Below are positions 51,356 through 62,524 of a stretch of 64,000 nucleotides of DNA, piece after piece. Source of the stretch: an uncultured Acidobacteriota bacterium (GTDB lineage: Bacteria; Acidobacteriota; Thermoanaerobaculia; Gp7-AA8); assembly GCA_963741955.1 (NCBI GenBank), contig CAVUKB010000005.1, positions 704,001 to 768,000 of the forward strand, in the 5' to 3' direction. The notes under the pieces were generated by a model that saw only the letters and a program-made list of their open reading frames with translations, was not told the origin of the DNA and made no database searches. How positions within the stretch are numbered: the first letter of the stretch is position 1; every line of letters starts with the position of its first letter. A program made the position numbers and the translations under genes.

Positions 51356-52300
51356 ATGACCTCCCGGCTCAGTGAGATCTGGACCGATCTGCAGACACTC
51401 GCAGAGGACGAGGGTGCGCTCTTCATCGGTGCGACCGGCTTCCCGGCTGGAGACAACGAGCCATTCGAGCGCTGGCTGGATCGAGGCTTCGAAGCCGGGA
51501 TGCATTACCTGCGGCGACATGCGGTGATCCGGAGAAATCCCGCCGAACGGTTCCCGTGGGCGCGATCGGTCGTCGTGCTGACGTTCCCTTACTCTCCGGA
51601 TCGGCCGGCGGCCGGCGACACCATCGATACGCGCATCGCGCGTTACGCACAGGGTGACGACTACCACCAGGTGCTCGACCTTCTCCTCCGCAAAGTGGAG
51701 TCGAAGATCACCGAGAGGGTACCGGACGCGAAGAGCTGGAGATACGTGGACACCGGTCCCCTGTCCGATCGCGCCGCAGCAACCGCCGCGGGAGCGGGGT
51801 GGATCGGAAAGAACGCGATGCTGATTCACGAGAAGTACGGTTCGTACTTTTTCATCGCCACGCTTCTGACCTCTCTGGAGAACGACATCGAGCCTGATCG
51901 TGTCGCAGACCGTTGCGGGCGCTGCACCCGATGCATCGACGCCTGTCCCACCGAAGCGATCGTTCCGGATCGGATGATCGATTCGAACCGCTGCATCAGT
52001 TACCTGACGATCGAGCATCGGGGTGCGATCGCCCCGGCGCTCGCGACGCAGCGGGAGGGAAATCTCTTCGGATGCGACATCTGCCAGGAGGTCTGCCCCT
52101 GGAACTCGGATGCGCCGCCGGGGCTGTCCGCATTCGAGACCCGGGAGACGTACCGCGCGACTCCTGTGTCGGATCTCCTTCGCCTCGAGCAGGAGGCGTT
52201 CTCGACGCTCTTCCGCAGAAGCGCAGTCAAGCGGGCCAGACGTGACGGAATCATGCGGAATGCGGCACTCATCGCCACCGGAAGTCCGGAATACCCCTGA
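51356..52300 (+). CDS. queG: tRNA epoxyqueuosine(34) reductase
   Basis: ARYAQGDDYH, VDTGP, GWIGKN, CGRCTRCIDACP, GCDICQEVCPWN. Confidence 0.93.
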   Translation: MTSRLSEIWTDLQTLAEDEGALFIGATGFPAGDNEPFERWLDRGFEAGMHYLRRHAVIRRNPAERFPWARSVVVLTFPYSPDRPAAGDTIDTRIARYAQGDDYHQVLDLLLRKVESKITERVPDAKSWRYVDTGPLSDRAAATAAGAGWIGKNAMLIHEKYGSYFFIATLLTSLENDIEPDRVADRCGRCTRCIDACPTEAIVPDRMIDSNRCISYLTIEHRGAIAPALATQREGNLFGCDICQEVCPWNSDAPPGLSAFETRETYRATPVSDLLRLEQEAFSTLFRRSAVKRARRDGIMRNAALIATGSPEYP

Positions 52301-52399
52301 CGTTGTAGTTCTCCCCACAGCCTCCTGTGACCCGAGTCACGGCTCGGTTGCCCGTCGCACTGGAGAATCAATCCAGTTTCGTGCGGCGGAGGAGTTTCC

Positions 52400-53317
52400 A
52401 TGTACAAGATCGTCGACGCCCGTTTCCTTGGACCGGGCGTGAAGCAGTTCGAGATCGTCGCGCCTCGCATCGCGAAGAAGCAGCAGGCGGGGCAGTTCGT
52501 CATCGTGCGTCTCTACGAGAACGGAGAGCGCATTCCTCTCACCATCAAGGGGTCGGACCTCGAGAAGGGAACGATCTTCCTGGTGGTCCAGTCGATCGGA
52601 AAGACGACGAACCTGATGAATTCACTCCAGACGGGTGACTCCATCCTCGACGTCGTCGGACCGCTCGGAAAGCCTTCCGATATCGAGAACTTCGGACGGG
52701 TGGTGGTCATCGGCGGCGGTGTCGGAACCGCGATCGCTCTCCCGACCGCACGCGCGCTTCGCGATGCGGGCAACCACGTCGTCTCGATTCTCGGCGCACG
52801 CACGAAGGAACTCCTCATCCTCGAAGACGAAGTCCGCGCGGTGAGCAGCGAGACCTGGATCATGACCGACGACGGCAGCTACGGCGAACAGGGTCTGGTC
52901 ACGAAGAAGCTCGAACAGCTGATCAACAACGCCCATCCGGTCGACCTGGTCCTCGCGATCGGACCGGTACCGATGATGAAAGCGGTCGCCGATACCACCC
53001 GGGAGGCGGGAATCCGGACCATCGTCAGCCTCAACTCGATCATGGTGGATGGAACCGGGATGTGCGGCGGATGCCGCGTGATCGTCGACGGCAAGAGCGA
53101 GTTCGCCTGTGTCGACGGCCCCGAGTTCGATGCACACCGCGTCGACTTCAAAGTGCTCTCGCAACGCAATGCGATGTACCGGGAGCAGGAACAGCGATCC
53201 CTGGCCTGGTTCCACGAGCACCAGGGCGAAGAGGTCGAAAAAGTCCGAAGCGAATGCCATCGCGAGCAGGCAGCCGAAGAGCTGTCCGCTCTGGGGGAGC
53301 ACGTAACCTATGCCTAA
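52400..53317 (+). CDS. nfnA: NfnA-type FAD/NAD-binding [2Fe-2S] subunit
   Basis: GQFVI...GERIPLTI, VGPLG, IMVDGTGMCGGCRV, ACVDGPEFD. Confidence 0.88.
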   Translation: MYKIVDARFLGPGVKQFEIVAPRIAKKQQAGQFVIVRLYENGERIPLTIKGSDLEKGTIFLVVQSIGKTTNLMNSLQTGDSILDVVGPLGKPSDIENFGRVVVIGGGVGTAIALPTARALRDAGNHVVSILGARTKELLILEDEVRAVSSETWIMTDDGSYGEQGLVTKKLEQLINNAHPVDLVLAIGPVPMMKAVADTTREAGIRTIVSLNSIMVDGTGMCGGCRVIVDGKSEFACVDGPEFDAHRVDFKVLSQRNAMYREQEQRSLAWFHEHQGEEVEKVRSECHREQAAEELSALGEHVTYA

Positions 53318-54764
53318 CACCGTCCCGAACAAAGAGCGGATGAAGATGCCCCGGCAGCACATGCCGGAGGCCGACCCCGGAATCCGGGCGCACAACTTCG
53401 AGGAAGTGAACCTCGGGTACACTCCGGACCTCGCCAACGTCGAAGCGATCCGTTGCCTCGCCTGCGCGAAACCGACCTGCATCAAGGGATGCCCGGTGGC
53501 GGTCGACGTGAAGGAGTTCGTCCGTCTGATCATCGAAGGTGATTACCTCGGTGCTGCGGCGAAGATCCGCGAGGACAACGCTCTTCCCGCGATCACCGGC
53601 CGGGTCTGTCCGCAGGAAGAACAATGCGAGGGCGACTGCCTGATGTCGAAGAAAGTCGATCCCCTCGCGATCGGCTACCTCGAGCGCTTCGTCGCCGATT
53701 ACGAGCGACGCACCGGAAAGATCGGGATGCCCGCGATCGCTCCTCCCACAGGGAAAAAGGTGGCCATCGTCGGGAGTGGACCGGCGGGGCTGAGCGCCGC
53801 GGGAGACCTGATCCAGAAGGGACACGAGGTCCGGGTGTTCGAGGCACTCCACGAGCTTGGAGGCGTCCTGATCTACGGGATTCCCGAGTTCCGGCTGCCG
53901 AAGGACATCGTCCGCCAGGAAGTGGACGTCCTCCGGAAGATGGGAGTGGTGTTCGAGACGAACGTGGTGGTCGGCAAGACCGTCACCATCGACGAGCTTT
54001 TCAACGAGGAAGGCTACAGCGCGATCTTCGTGGCCACGGGGGCAGGTCTTCCGCAGTTCCTCAACGTCCCGGGCGAGCACCTGAACGGGGTCTACTCGGC
54101 GAACGAGTTCCTCACCCGGGTCAACCTGATGCGCGCATACCGCTTCCCCGAATTCGACGAACCGGTCTACGACTGCAAGGGGAAGGACGTGATCGTGGTC
54201 GGCGGCGGCAACACCGCGATGGATGCGGTGCGCTCGTCACTGCGGCTCGGCGCCAACTCGGCGACCCTGGTTTACCGCCGCAGCGAGACCGAGATGCCGG
54301 CTCGAATCGAAGAGGTCAAGCACGCCAAGGAAGAGGGTGTCGCATTCCGGACTCTCTCCAACCCGGTGGAGTTCATCGGAGACGAGAAGGGATGGCTCCA
54401 GGCGGTGCGCTGCATCGAGATGGAGCTCGGCGAGCCGGACGCCTCTGGTCGCCGCCGCCCGGTGCCGAAGCCCGGCTCGGAGTTCACTCTCCCGGTCTCG
54501 ATGGCGATCATCGCTGCCGGAACGAGCGCGAACCCGCTGGTGCAGTCGACCACGCCCGACCTCGCCACAAACAAGTGGAACTACATCGTCGCCGACGAGG
54601 AATCCATGCGGACCTCGAAGGAGGGCGTCTTCGCCGGCGGAGACATCGTCACCGGCGGCGCGACGGTCATCCTCGCAATGGGCGCCGGACGGAAGGCTGC
54701 GAAGTCCATCCACCAGTACCTCGAGAGCGGCGTGTGGGACGTGGAGCCGAAAACCGAGGCCTGA
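53310..54764 (+). CDS. nfnB: NfnB-type (GltD-like) NADPH-dependent oxidoreductase large subunit
   Basis: RCLAC..PTCIKGCPV, GRVCPQEEQCE, GSGPAG, GGGNTAMD, GGATVILAMGAG; paired with nfnA. Confidence 0.88.
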   Translation: MPNTVPNKERMKMPRQHMPEADPGIRAHNFEEVNLGYTPDLANVEAIRCLACAKPTCIKGCPVAVDVKEFVRLIIEGDYLGAAAKIREDNALPAITGRVCPQEEQCEGDCLMSKKVDPLAIGYLERFVADYERRTGKIGMPAIAPPTGKKVAIVGSGPAGLSAAGDLIQKGHEVRVFEALHELGGVLIYGIPEFRLPKDIVRQEVDVLRKMGVVFETNVVVGKTVTIDELFNEEGYSAIFVATGAGLPQFLNVPGEHLNGVYSANEFLTRVNLMRAYRFPEFDEPVYDCKGKDVIVVGGGNTAMDAVRSSLRLGANSATLVYRRSETEMPARIEEVKHAKEEGVAFRTLSNPVEFIGDEKGWLQAVRCIEMELGEPDASGRRRPVPKPGSEFTLPVSMAIIAAGTSANPLVQSTTPDLATNKWNYIVADEESMRTSKEGVFAGGDIVTGGATVILAMGAGRKAAKSIHQYLESGVWDVEPKTEA

Positions 54765-54810
54765 ATCACATCGATGATCTCTAATCGAGCTTCGAAAATC
54801 TGATTCCATC

Positions 54811-54838
54811 GCCCGGGCTGCACGCCCGGGCTTTTTCT
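54811..54838 (+). terminator. Intrinsic terminator after nfnB
   Basis: gcccgggc-tgcac-gcccgggc followed by ttttt. Confidence 0.75.
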
Positions 54839-54937
54839 TGTGTCGAGAAGTCGTACCCCGGCTCGTGCCGTACGCGAAGACTTCGTTGCGGGATCTCGAT
54901 CCTTCCCCGACCCCCGACCCCCGATCCCCGATCCCCT

Positions 54938-57889
54938 CTATCTCAGCTGATTCCACTTCATGATCGAGTTGAAGATCAGCGCGTACTCTCCCTGGGTGTT
55001 CGCTCGCCACATCGGGTTGGTGGCGAAGAGGAGGACGTGACCGTTTCCGAGAGGCGAATCGATCACCACCGGCGTTCCGGCGATCTCGTCGCCCCCTTCG
55101 AGCATTCCGGAGAGCAGGAGGTCGCCGCTCTTCTTCGCGAATGAGAGGACGACGCGGGGGCGCTCCTGTTCGGACGGGAGATACGGCTTTGCCCGGTATG
55201 CGGCATCCTCCGGCAGCTGGAATCCTTCCTCGCCGGGGGCCGGCTTCGGTTTTTCCGGTGTCTCTACGAACGGACGTCCCTGCGGCACGTCGGGATCGGT
55301 TTTCGAGCCGCGCCCGCTCGGGCGCGCTTCGTTGCGGTTCCGTCCGCGGAACACACCGACCCGGAAGATGGGCGATCCGCTGAAATGAACCGGCAGCGTT
55401 GCGTCGTATCCGGATGCGATGGGGCTCTTCGGATCGGTGAACGACGCCTTCAGGATCGTCCCCCGTGCTTTCAGACCCTTCGGAGGAACCACGTCGATCC
55501 AGCGAGCCAGCCCGTACTCGACGGCCCACTCCGAGGTGTCGCGGACGGTGATCAGGAGACCGCCTCTCTCCACGAACTTCTGCAGATTCGCCACTCCCGC
55601 GATCCCCAGACCAGGGCGGATGTCGTCGGTCGAGTCGATCACTCCCAGATTCGGGGTCAGGTCACTCTTTTTCCACGGAATGGGCGGTCCCGGAGGCATC
55701 CCGTTCACGATGGTCTGCGGATCCGCTCCCCAGCCGACCGGAGGAAAGACGATCACGTCGTATCGATCGAGGAGACCGGGGTCACGTCCCACGTCCTGCG
55801 TCGAGATCTCGTCGTACGGCACGCCCATTTCGTCGAATGCGTACCGGTACCAACCTTCGTTCTGGGTCCCGATCCAGGTGTGGAGCATCGCGATCCGCGG
55901 CATCTCGAGAGGGCGGCTGGCGACATTCGGCATCGAGCCGACTGCTTCCCAATCGAGATCTAGCCTGCCGAGCTGGGAGGCGATGCGATCGCGATTCGAA
56001 TCGTCGAGCGCGACTGCGACCGTCCCCGCCGGCCAGGTGCGGGTGCGGAGCTTCAGCGGTTCCGTGGTGACCGTGAACGGCGTGTCGTGCAGCGCAAAGC
56101 GGAAGCGCGCGAGATCAGTGTCGGCGACGTTCGCGACCAGAATCGCACCACCCTTCAGCTGCGGCGCCGCGGCGCTCCGGTCTCCGCCCCACGGGTGCAT
56201 CGGGGCGTCGAGCACGGCCGGGTTGACCACCCGCTTGAACTCGAGATTCTTCGTGTAACCGAGCGTCCAACCGGTATCGTCGTAGACCTCCTCTTTTCCC
56301 AGAACGTACTGGGTGTCGAGGAGGGCGTCGGCGTAGCGGCTGTACGGCTGGTCCATCCGGACGACGTAACTTCCTGCCGGGAAGGAGACGCTCTTCGGCT
56401 TCTCGCTCTTTCCGGCATCCTTCCCGTTCTTCCCCTCGCGGTCGTCGGACTCGGACTTCGGCGACGCCGGTGGCCACTCGACGGCGACGGTGAGCGGTTT
56501 CTCGGTCTGCTGGACCTCGATCCCCTGCAACCGGAGAAGGTCGAGCAGCTCGCGCAGCTGTCCCTTCCTCTTCTGATCACCATCGAACACGTACGCTGCC
56601 GGACCTTCGGTTCTCGCCTTCGCCACCGCGCGTTTGCCGAGCGTGTATTCCAGTCGGAGGAAGTGCGTGGGATCGCTCGCCATCGTGTCGAGGGCGAGAA
56701 GGATGCCACTCTCCTGATAGTTCACGTTGTCGCGGAGTGACCAGCGAACTTTCGGCAGCGGCGGATTCGGCCGGAACCACTCCCGCTGGCTCGTCCCCCG
56801 CACCACGCGATCCTGCGTAGACGGTATGGCGTTGCCGAACGTCTCGTAGAAGCGGCCGAGCGCGTTGTGACCGAGTGCGACCCAGAACATGTAGTTCGGC
56901 GCCCATCCGTCGTAGAAGCCGTGAGTCCAGACGCCGGGAAGTCCCTTCTCCGTCAGCACCTGCACTTCGCGGTACGACATGCGCTGCCACTCATTCACGA
57001 TGAGCGGATCGAGCCACGCGTTGTAAGGCCCGGTGCCGGACGAGATGTAGAGGAACGGGATCGACTCGTGGAGATCGTGAACGACCTGTGGATGCCAGTC
57101 GTTGAAGGCCTGCAGGACGTTCCGCGACAGCGCGAGCGCCAGGCCCATCGCATCCCGATTGTTGTCGTGTCCGGCGTAGTGGCCCCAGTAGACGAGCGGA
57201 GGGAGCCCGACATCCTGGTGCTGCTGGTACCAGCGAACCGTATCGACCATCCGGTCACGGCCGTCGACTTCGAGTACCGGCGTGATCAGAGTAATCATGT
57301 TCTTCCGGATGTTCCGGATCATCGGCGAGTCGTCGACCGCGAGACGGTAGACGAGCTCCATCAGCATCTCGGGGCTCCCGGTCTCCGGCGAATGCATCGC
57401 GCCGGTGACGTAGTAGATCGGTTTTCCTTCCCGGATCAGCGCGTCCGCCGCCTGATCCGTCAGTTTCCGCGGATCTGCGAGCCGGCGGGTGATGTCCCTG
57501 TAGCGGTCGAGATTTGCGATGGTCTCCTCGTCGGCGACTGCGACGAGAATCATCTCGCGCCCTTCTTCCGTCTTCCCGATCGGAAAGATCTTCACCCGCG
57601 GCGAGGCTGCCTCGACCGCGCGCAAGTAGCGGTAGACGTCTTCCGCATACGTAAGGTGATCGGGATCGCCAATCGCGTAACCGAGGATCTTTTCGGGAGT
57701 GGGAACACGATCGGACGCCGGAAGATGATCGACGAGATCGGTCATGAACTCCGGTCCGGTGGTGAAGTCGCGAATCTTCTGCGAATACTCCTGATCCCAC
57801 TCCGGATGCTTGTCGATCGGCTCGGCAGCGAACAGAACCACCGGCGCGAGAAAGGCGAGAATGCAGCTGAAGGAAAGCAGACGCTTCAT
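54938..57889 (-). CDS. Secreted M14-family zinc carboxypeptidase-like protein
   Basis: Signal peptide, HSPE zinc motif, HDNNRD, HDLHE, C-terminal GATase-like domain. Confidence 0.88.
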   Translation of the reverse strand: MKRLLSFSCILAFLAPVVLFAAEPIDKHPEWDQEYSQKIRDFTTGPEFMTDLVDHLPASDRVPTPEKILGYAIGDPDHLTYAEDVYRYLRAVEAASPRVKIFPIGKTEEGREMILVAVADEETIANLDRYRDITRRLADPRKLTDQAADALIREGKPIYYVTGAMHSPETGSPEMLMELVYRLAVDDSPMIRNIRKNMITLITPVLEVDGRDRMVDTVRWYQQHQDVGLPPLVYWGHYAGHDNNRDAMGLALALSRNVLQAFNDWHPQVVHDLHESIPFLYISSGTGPYNAWLDPLIVNEWQRMSYREVQVLTEKGLPGVWTHGFYDGWAPNYMFWVALGHNALGRFYETFGNAIPSTQDRVVRGTSQREWFRPNPPLPKVRWSLRDNVNYQESGILLALDTMASDPTHFLRLEYTLGKRAVAKARTEGPAAYVFDGDQKRKGQLRELLDLLRLQGIEVQQTEKPLTVAVEWPPASPKSESDDREGKNGKDAGKSEKPKSVSFPAGSYVVRMDQPYSRYADALLDTQYVLGKEEVYDDTGWTLGYTKNLEFKRVVNPAVLDAPMHPWGGDRSAAAPQLKGGAILVANVADTDLARFRFALHDTPFTVTTEPLKLRTRTWPAGTVAVALDDSNRDRIASQLGRLDLDWEAVGSMPNVASRPLEMPRIAMLHTWIGTQNEGWYRYAFDEMGVPYDEISTQDVGRDPGLLDRYDVIVFPPVGWGADPQTIVNGMPPGPPIPWKKSDLTPNLGVIDSTDDIRPGLGIAGVANLQKFVERGGLLITVRDTSEWAVEYGLARWIDVVPPKGLKARGTILKASFTDPKSPIASGYDATLPVHFSGSPIFRVGVFRGRNRNEARPSGRGSKTDPDVPQGRPFVETPEKPKPAPGEEGFQLPEDAAYRAKPYLPSEQERPRVVLSFAKKSGDLLLSGMLEGGDEIAGTPVVIDSPLGNGHVLLFATNPMWRANTQGEYALIFNSIMKWNQLR

Positions 57890-57959
57890 GAAATCTCCCT
57901 CCGTGACGACCGCAAGCGGACGCGGCGATTCGAAGATCATACTCGATAGGCGAGCGGTG

Positions 57960-58037
57960 AGCGGCGAGCGAACGAAATTCTGTTGGCAGGCTGCGATTCA
58001 GAATTTTCTCTCGAAGATGGCGGTGCTCGAAGAATGA
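57960..58037 (+). repeat. 78-bp direct repeat, left copy
   Basis: ttctgttNgcaggctgcgattcagaattttctc core shared with 58831-58908. Confidence 0.8.
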
Positions 58038-58174
58038 TCTTCTTTGCATTCGAAGGAGATGCGCGCGCGGCGGATCCTCTCCACGCCGCGACGAAGCGAT
58101 GTCTGCAGTTTCTTAATGCGCGCCTCTCGCCGCTCTCCGCTCGCAGGCCGGCCGCTGGTACAATCACAAGCATC

Positions 58175-58828
58175 ATGAAGAAGACGAAAATCGGAGTTCT
58201 GGGGAGCGGTGACGTCGGCCAGACCCTCGGCGGTGCGTTCGCGACGCTCGGTCACAACGTGATGATGGGATCGCGCGACCGGAAGAACGAGAAGGCACTC
58301 GGGTGGGCGAATTCCACCGGTGAGAACGCGTCGGTCGGGACTTTCGCTCAGGCGGCGGAGTTCGGTGAGCTGATCGTGCTCGCGACGCTCGGGACGGCGA
58401 CGGAAGCGATCGTCCGCGCCGCGGGAGCGGAGACGTTCGCGGGCAAAACCGTGATCGATGCGACGAACCCCCTGACGTTCTCTCCGAACGGCCCTCCGGG
58501 CCTCTCGGTGGGCTTCGACGATTCGCTCGGCGAGAGAATCCAGCGCCTCGCTCCCGAAGCTCGGGTGGTGAAGGCATTCAACACCGTCGGACATACGCTC
58601 ATGTTCCAGCCGCAGCTCCCCGGCGGTCCTCCGGACATGTTCCTCTGCGGCAACGACGAAGACGCAAAGAAAAGCGTCTCGGAGATCTGCCGCGAGTTCG
58701 GATGGGGTGTGATCGACCTCGGCGGGATCGAAGCATCCCGCTACCTCGAGCCGCTCTGCATGGCCTGGGTGCTTCACGGCATTCGCAGCGGCTCCTGGAC
58801 GCACGCATTCAAGATGCTGCACTCGTGA
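58175..58828 (+). CDS. NADPH-dependent F420 reductase family oxidoreductase
   Basis: GVLGSGDVG, GSR, IDATNP, VVKAFNT, DLGGI...LEPL. Confidence 0.9.
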   Translation: MKKTKIGVLGSGDVGQTLGGAFATLGHNVMMGSRDRKNEKALGWANSTGENASVGTFAQAAEFGELIVLATLGTATEAIVRAAGAETFAGKTVIDATNPLTFSPNGPPGLSVGFDDSLGERIQRLAPEARVVKAFNTVGHTLMFQPQLPGGPPDMFLCGNDEDAKKSVSEICREFGWGVIDLGGIEASRYLEPLCMAWVLHGIRSGSWTHAFKMLHS

Positions 58829-58830
58829 GG

Positions 58831-58957
58831 AGCGGCGAGCGGATAAAGTTCTGTTTGCAGGCTGCGATTCAGAATTTTCTCGCGAATATGGCTCTGGGCG
58901 GAGAATGAATTTCTCTCGTCTCTCGTCTCTCGTCTCTCGTCTCTCGTCTCTCGTCGC
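58831..58957 (+). repeat. 78-bp direct repeat, right copy, followed by tctcgtc heptamers
   Basis: Matches 57960-58037; (tctcgtc) x ~6. Confidence 0.8.
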
Positions 58958-59060
58958 TCGGGTTCTGTCACGAACCTGCAAACGCCATGAGCTCGTGATC
59001 CTGCTCACACTCCACGTTCTGTTCTGGTGCGATCCTCGCTGGCGCAGAAAGGGGCGAATC

Positions 59061-59294
59061 ATGAAACTCAGGTCGTGGCTCGAACGACAGGTCACTCTTC
59101 TCGAGGAGGGAATCCGGAACTCTCCGGTGTTCGATTCGGCCGGTGATCCGGCTCCCGAAGAGTTGCACGAGCTCAAGGTGAAGGCGGTCCTCCACGGATT
59201 TCTTCACGCGCAGCTCGAAGAGCTCGAAGCGAGGAGAATCGGAACGCGACGCGAGGAAGAAGCGATGGACTCACTCCGTGAAGTGGCGGCCTGA
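59061..59294 (+). CDS. Hypothetical small helical protein
   Basis: RBS aaagggg, genome-like codon use, ends in REVAA. Confidence 0.55.
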   Translation: MKLRSWLERQVTLLEEGIRNSPVFDSAGDPAPEELHELKVKAVLHGFLHAQLEELEARRIGTRREEEAMDSLREVAA

Positions 59295-59314
59295 CCCTCT
59301 CGTCTCTCGCCCCC

Positions 59315-60364
59315 TCAATATCCCCCTTCCGTCTCCTCCCCGCTCACCTTTCCGCGGAACGATCGATAGACGAACGTGAAATAGCCGATGGCGAGCGCGA
59401 GGCCGATCAGCCACCAGATCGCTCCGACGCGGAGGCTGTAGGCGCCGGTCTTCGCGTTGTGGACGTTCAGGCTGTACTGAGCTCCGGTGCTGGCGTGGAG
59501 GAGATCCGGATACATCGCGAACGCCGCGCCTCCGAGCATCCCCACGATGTACGCCGACGTGGCGAGGAACGTCCCTGCGTCATTGTCGCGATACCTGTAG
59601 TGCGGAATGGCGAGCAGCGCGATGCCCACCATCGCCGGGATGATCCATCCCCACGGCTGGCGGTAGTAGTTCGCGAGCATCTCCGGGCGGATGGAGAGGG
59701 TGGCCACCAGACTCCCGATCGTGAGCAGGACCACTGCGATCCAGGCCACGTTGACCACCCGCTTCGAGCGCGTGCTCACCTCTCCTTCCGTCTTCATCGC
59801 CACGTACGCCGCTCCATGCATGGTCAGCGTCGCCACCGCGACCGCTCCGGTGAGAACCGTGTACCAGTCGAGGATCCCCGCCGTGGGACCGGTGCGGAAC
59901 GTGGTCCAGAGCGGCTCGAAGAAATAGTGCGTTCCATCCAGCGGAACACCGCGTACGACGTTCCCGACCGCCACTCCGAAGAAGAGCGCCAGCATGAAGC
60001 TCGCGCTGGCGAATACGAAGTCGCACGCCGTCCACCATAGAGGGTCCTCGACGTGACTCCTCAGCTCGACGCCGATTCCGCGCAGCATCAGCAGCCAGAG
60101 CACCATCATCAGCGAGAGATAGAACCCGCTGAAGCTCGATGCATAGGCGAGAGGAAATGCGAAGAAGAGCGCGCCTCCCGCAGCGAGGAGCCACACTTCG
60201 TTTCCGTCCCAGACCGGACCGATGGTCCGGATCACCAGCCGGCGCTCTTCAGGAGTCTTCGCCACGAAGGTGACCGCGATACCAGCACCGAGGTCGAAGC
60301 CGTCCAGGAGGACATACGCGGTGATCATGAAGGCGAGAAGGACGTACCAGAGAGTCTCCATCAT
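59315..60364 (-). CDS. cydB: Cytochrome bd ubiquinol oxidase subunit II
   Basis: YVLLDGFDLG, GPVWDGNEVWL, FAFP. Confidence 0.95.
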   Translation of the reverse strand: MMETLWYVLLAFMITAYVLLDGFDLGAGIAVTFVAKTPEERRLVIRTIGPVWDGNEVWLLAAGGALFFAFPLAYASSFSGFYLSLMMVLWLLMLRGIGVELRSHVEDPLWWTACDFVFASASFMLALFFGVAVGNVVRGVPLDGTHYFFEPLWTTFRTGPTAGILDWYTVLTGAVAVATLTMHGAAYVAMKTEGEVSTRSKRVVNVAWIAVVLLTIGSLVATLSIRPEMLANYYRQPWGWIIPAMVGIALLAIPHYRYRDNDAGTFLATSAYIVGMLGGAAFAMYPDLLHASTGAQYSLNVHNAKTGAYSLRVGAIWWLIGLALAIGYFTFVYRSFRGKVSGEETEGGY

Positions 60365-60373
60365 CCTCCTCCT

Positions 60374-61732
<1,359 letters not shown>

Positions 61733-61845
61733 GCGAAGCTGATTTCTCCTTTCGCTCGTTGGAGGCTCGAAGGCTCGAGAAACATACTCTCTCGAGTGCG
61801 AAATCGAAACCCTTCCCGGGATGGATCGCAGCTATTGCGGATCGA

Positions 61846-62028
61846 TTAATGCTCGTCGGGCGGGGTAATCCCAGCTGCCTCTTCTTCGCGGGGCTCCTGC
61901 GGGGCACAGCGAGGACACTCGACCGGCATCTCATCGACGCGGTCGAGGAAGGTCACTCTCACGAGCATGGTGCCGGTGCCGTGGCAATCGGGACAGTCGG
62001 GATCGGGACGCTGCGGCTTTTTCTCCAT
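61846..62028 (-). CDS. Small zinc-finger protein (CxxCxGxG...CxxC)
   Basis: PDCPDCHGTG...VECPRC. Confidence 0.5.
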   Translation of the reverse strand: MEKKPQRPDPDCPDCHGTGTMLVRVTFLDRVDEMPVECPRCAPQEPREEEAAGITPPDEH

Positions 62029-62129
62029 GAACGGAACCCCCGATTCATTCCATCGCAGAGAGAGAGGGAACAGAAGGTCAGAGGTCACACGGCCGGGTGA
62101 CTCGGGGAGCCACTCTCGAGCCCGTACCC

Positions 62130-62313
62130 AGCCCGGACTATTTCACGGGACTTCTGCTGCGGAGCGCGATCCGGGCCTGTCTGCGGCGTCAGACGACGAT
62201 CTTGCTCCTCAACGTAGTGCAGCCACTACGCCTCGTCGCAAAATCGCCATCTTCCTTGCATCCAAAGCCCGCCTCGCACTCCTCGCGACGAAATCCCGTG
62301 AATAGTTCGGGCT
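62130..62313. mobile_element. MITE-like element (~184 bp) with terminal inverted repeats
   Basis: Left agcccggactatttcacggga; right end reverse complement agcccgaactattcacggga; internal hairpin cgtagtg-cagc-cactacg. Confidence 0.6.
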
Positions 62314-62335
62314 CGAGGCTCGGGCTCGATTCTGC

Positions 62336-62512
62336 GTGTCTTTCAGATCCTCGATCCTCGATCCTCGATGTCTTTCAGATCCTCGATCCTCGATCCTCGA
62401 TGTCTTTCAGATCCTCGATCCTCGATGTCTTTCTGATCCTCGATGTCTTTCAGATCCTCGATCCTCGATCCTAGATCTTCGATGCCTTCGATGCCTTCGA
62501 TGCCTTCGATGC
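62336..62512 (-). repeat. Heptamer array (gatcctc with gatgtctttcagat spacers) plus 9-mer gatgccttc x3
   Basis: Same family as the arrays at 23433 and 46868. Confidence 0.88.
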
Positions 62513-62524
62513 ATAATGTCGGCG

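Noticed and set aside
53310-54764. Glutamate synthase small subunit (gltD)
   Set aside because: Paired with an NfnA-type subunit and no gltB nearby.
62336-62524. N-terminal repeat extension of LarC, or a programmed frameshift in larC
   Set aside because: The extension is the translated heptamer array; the family start is MRTLYFDC, and larC is one continuous frame here.
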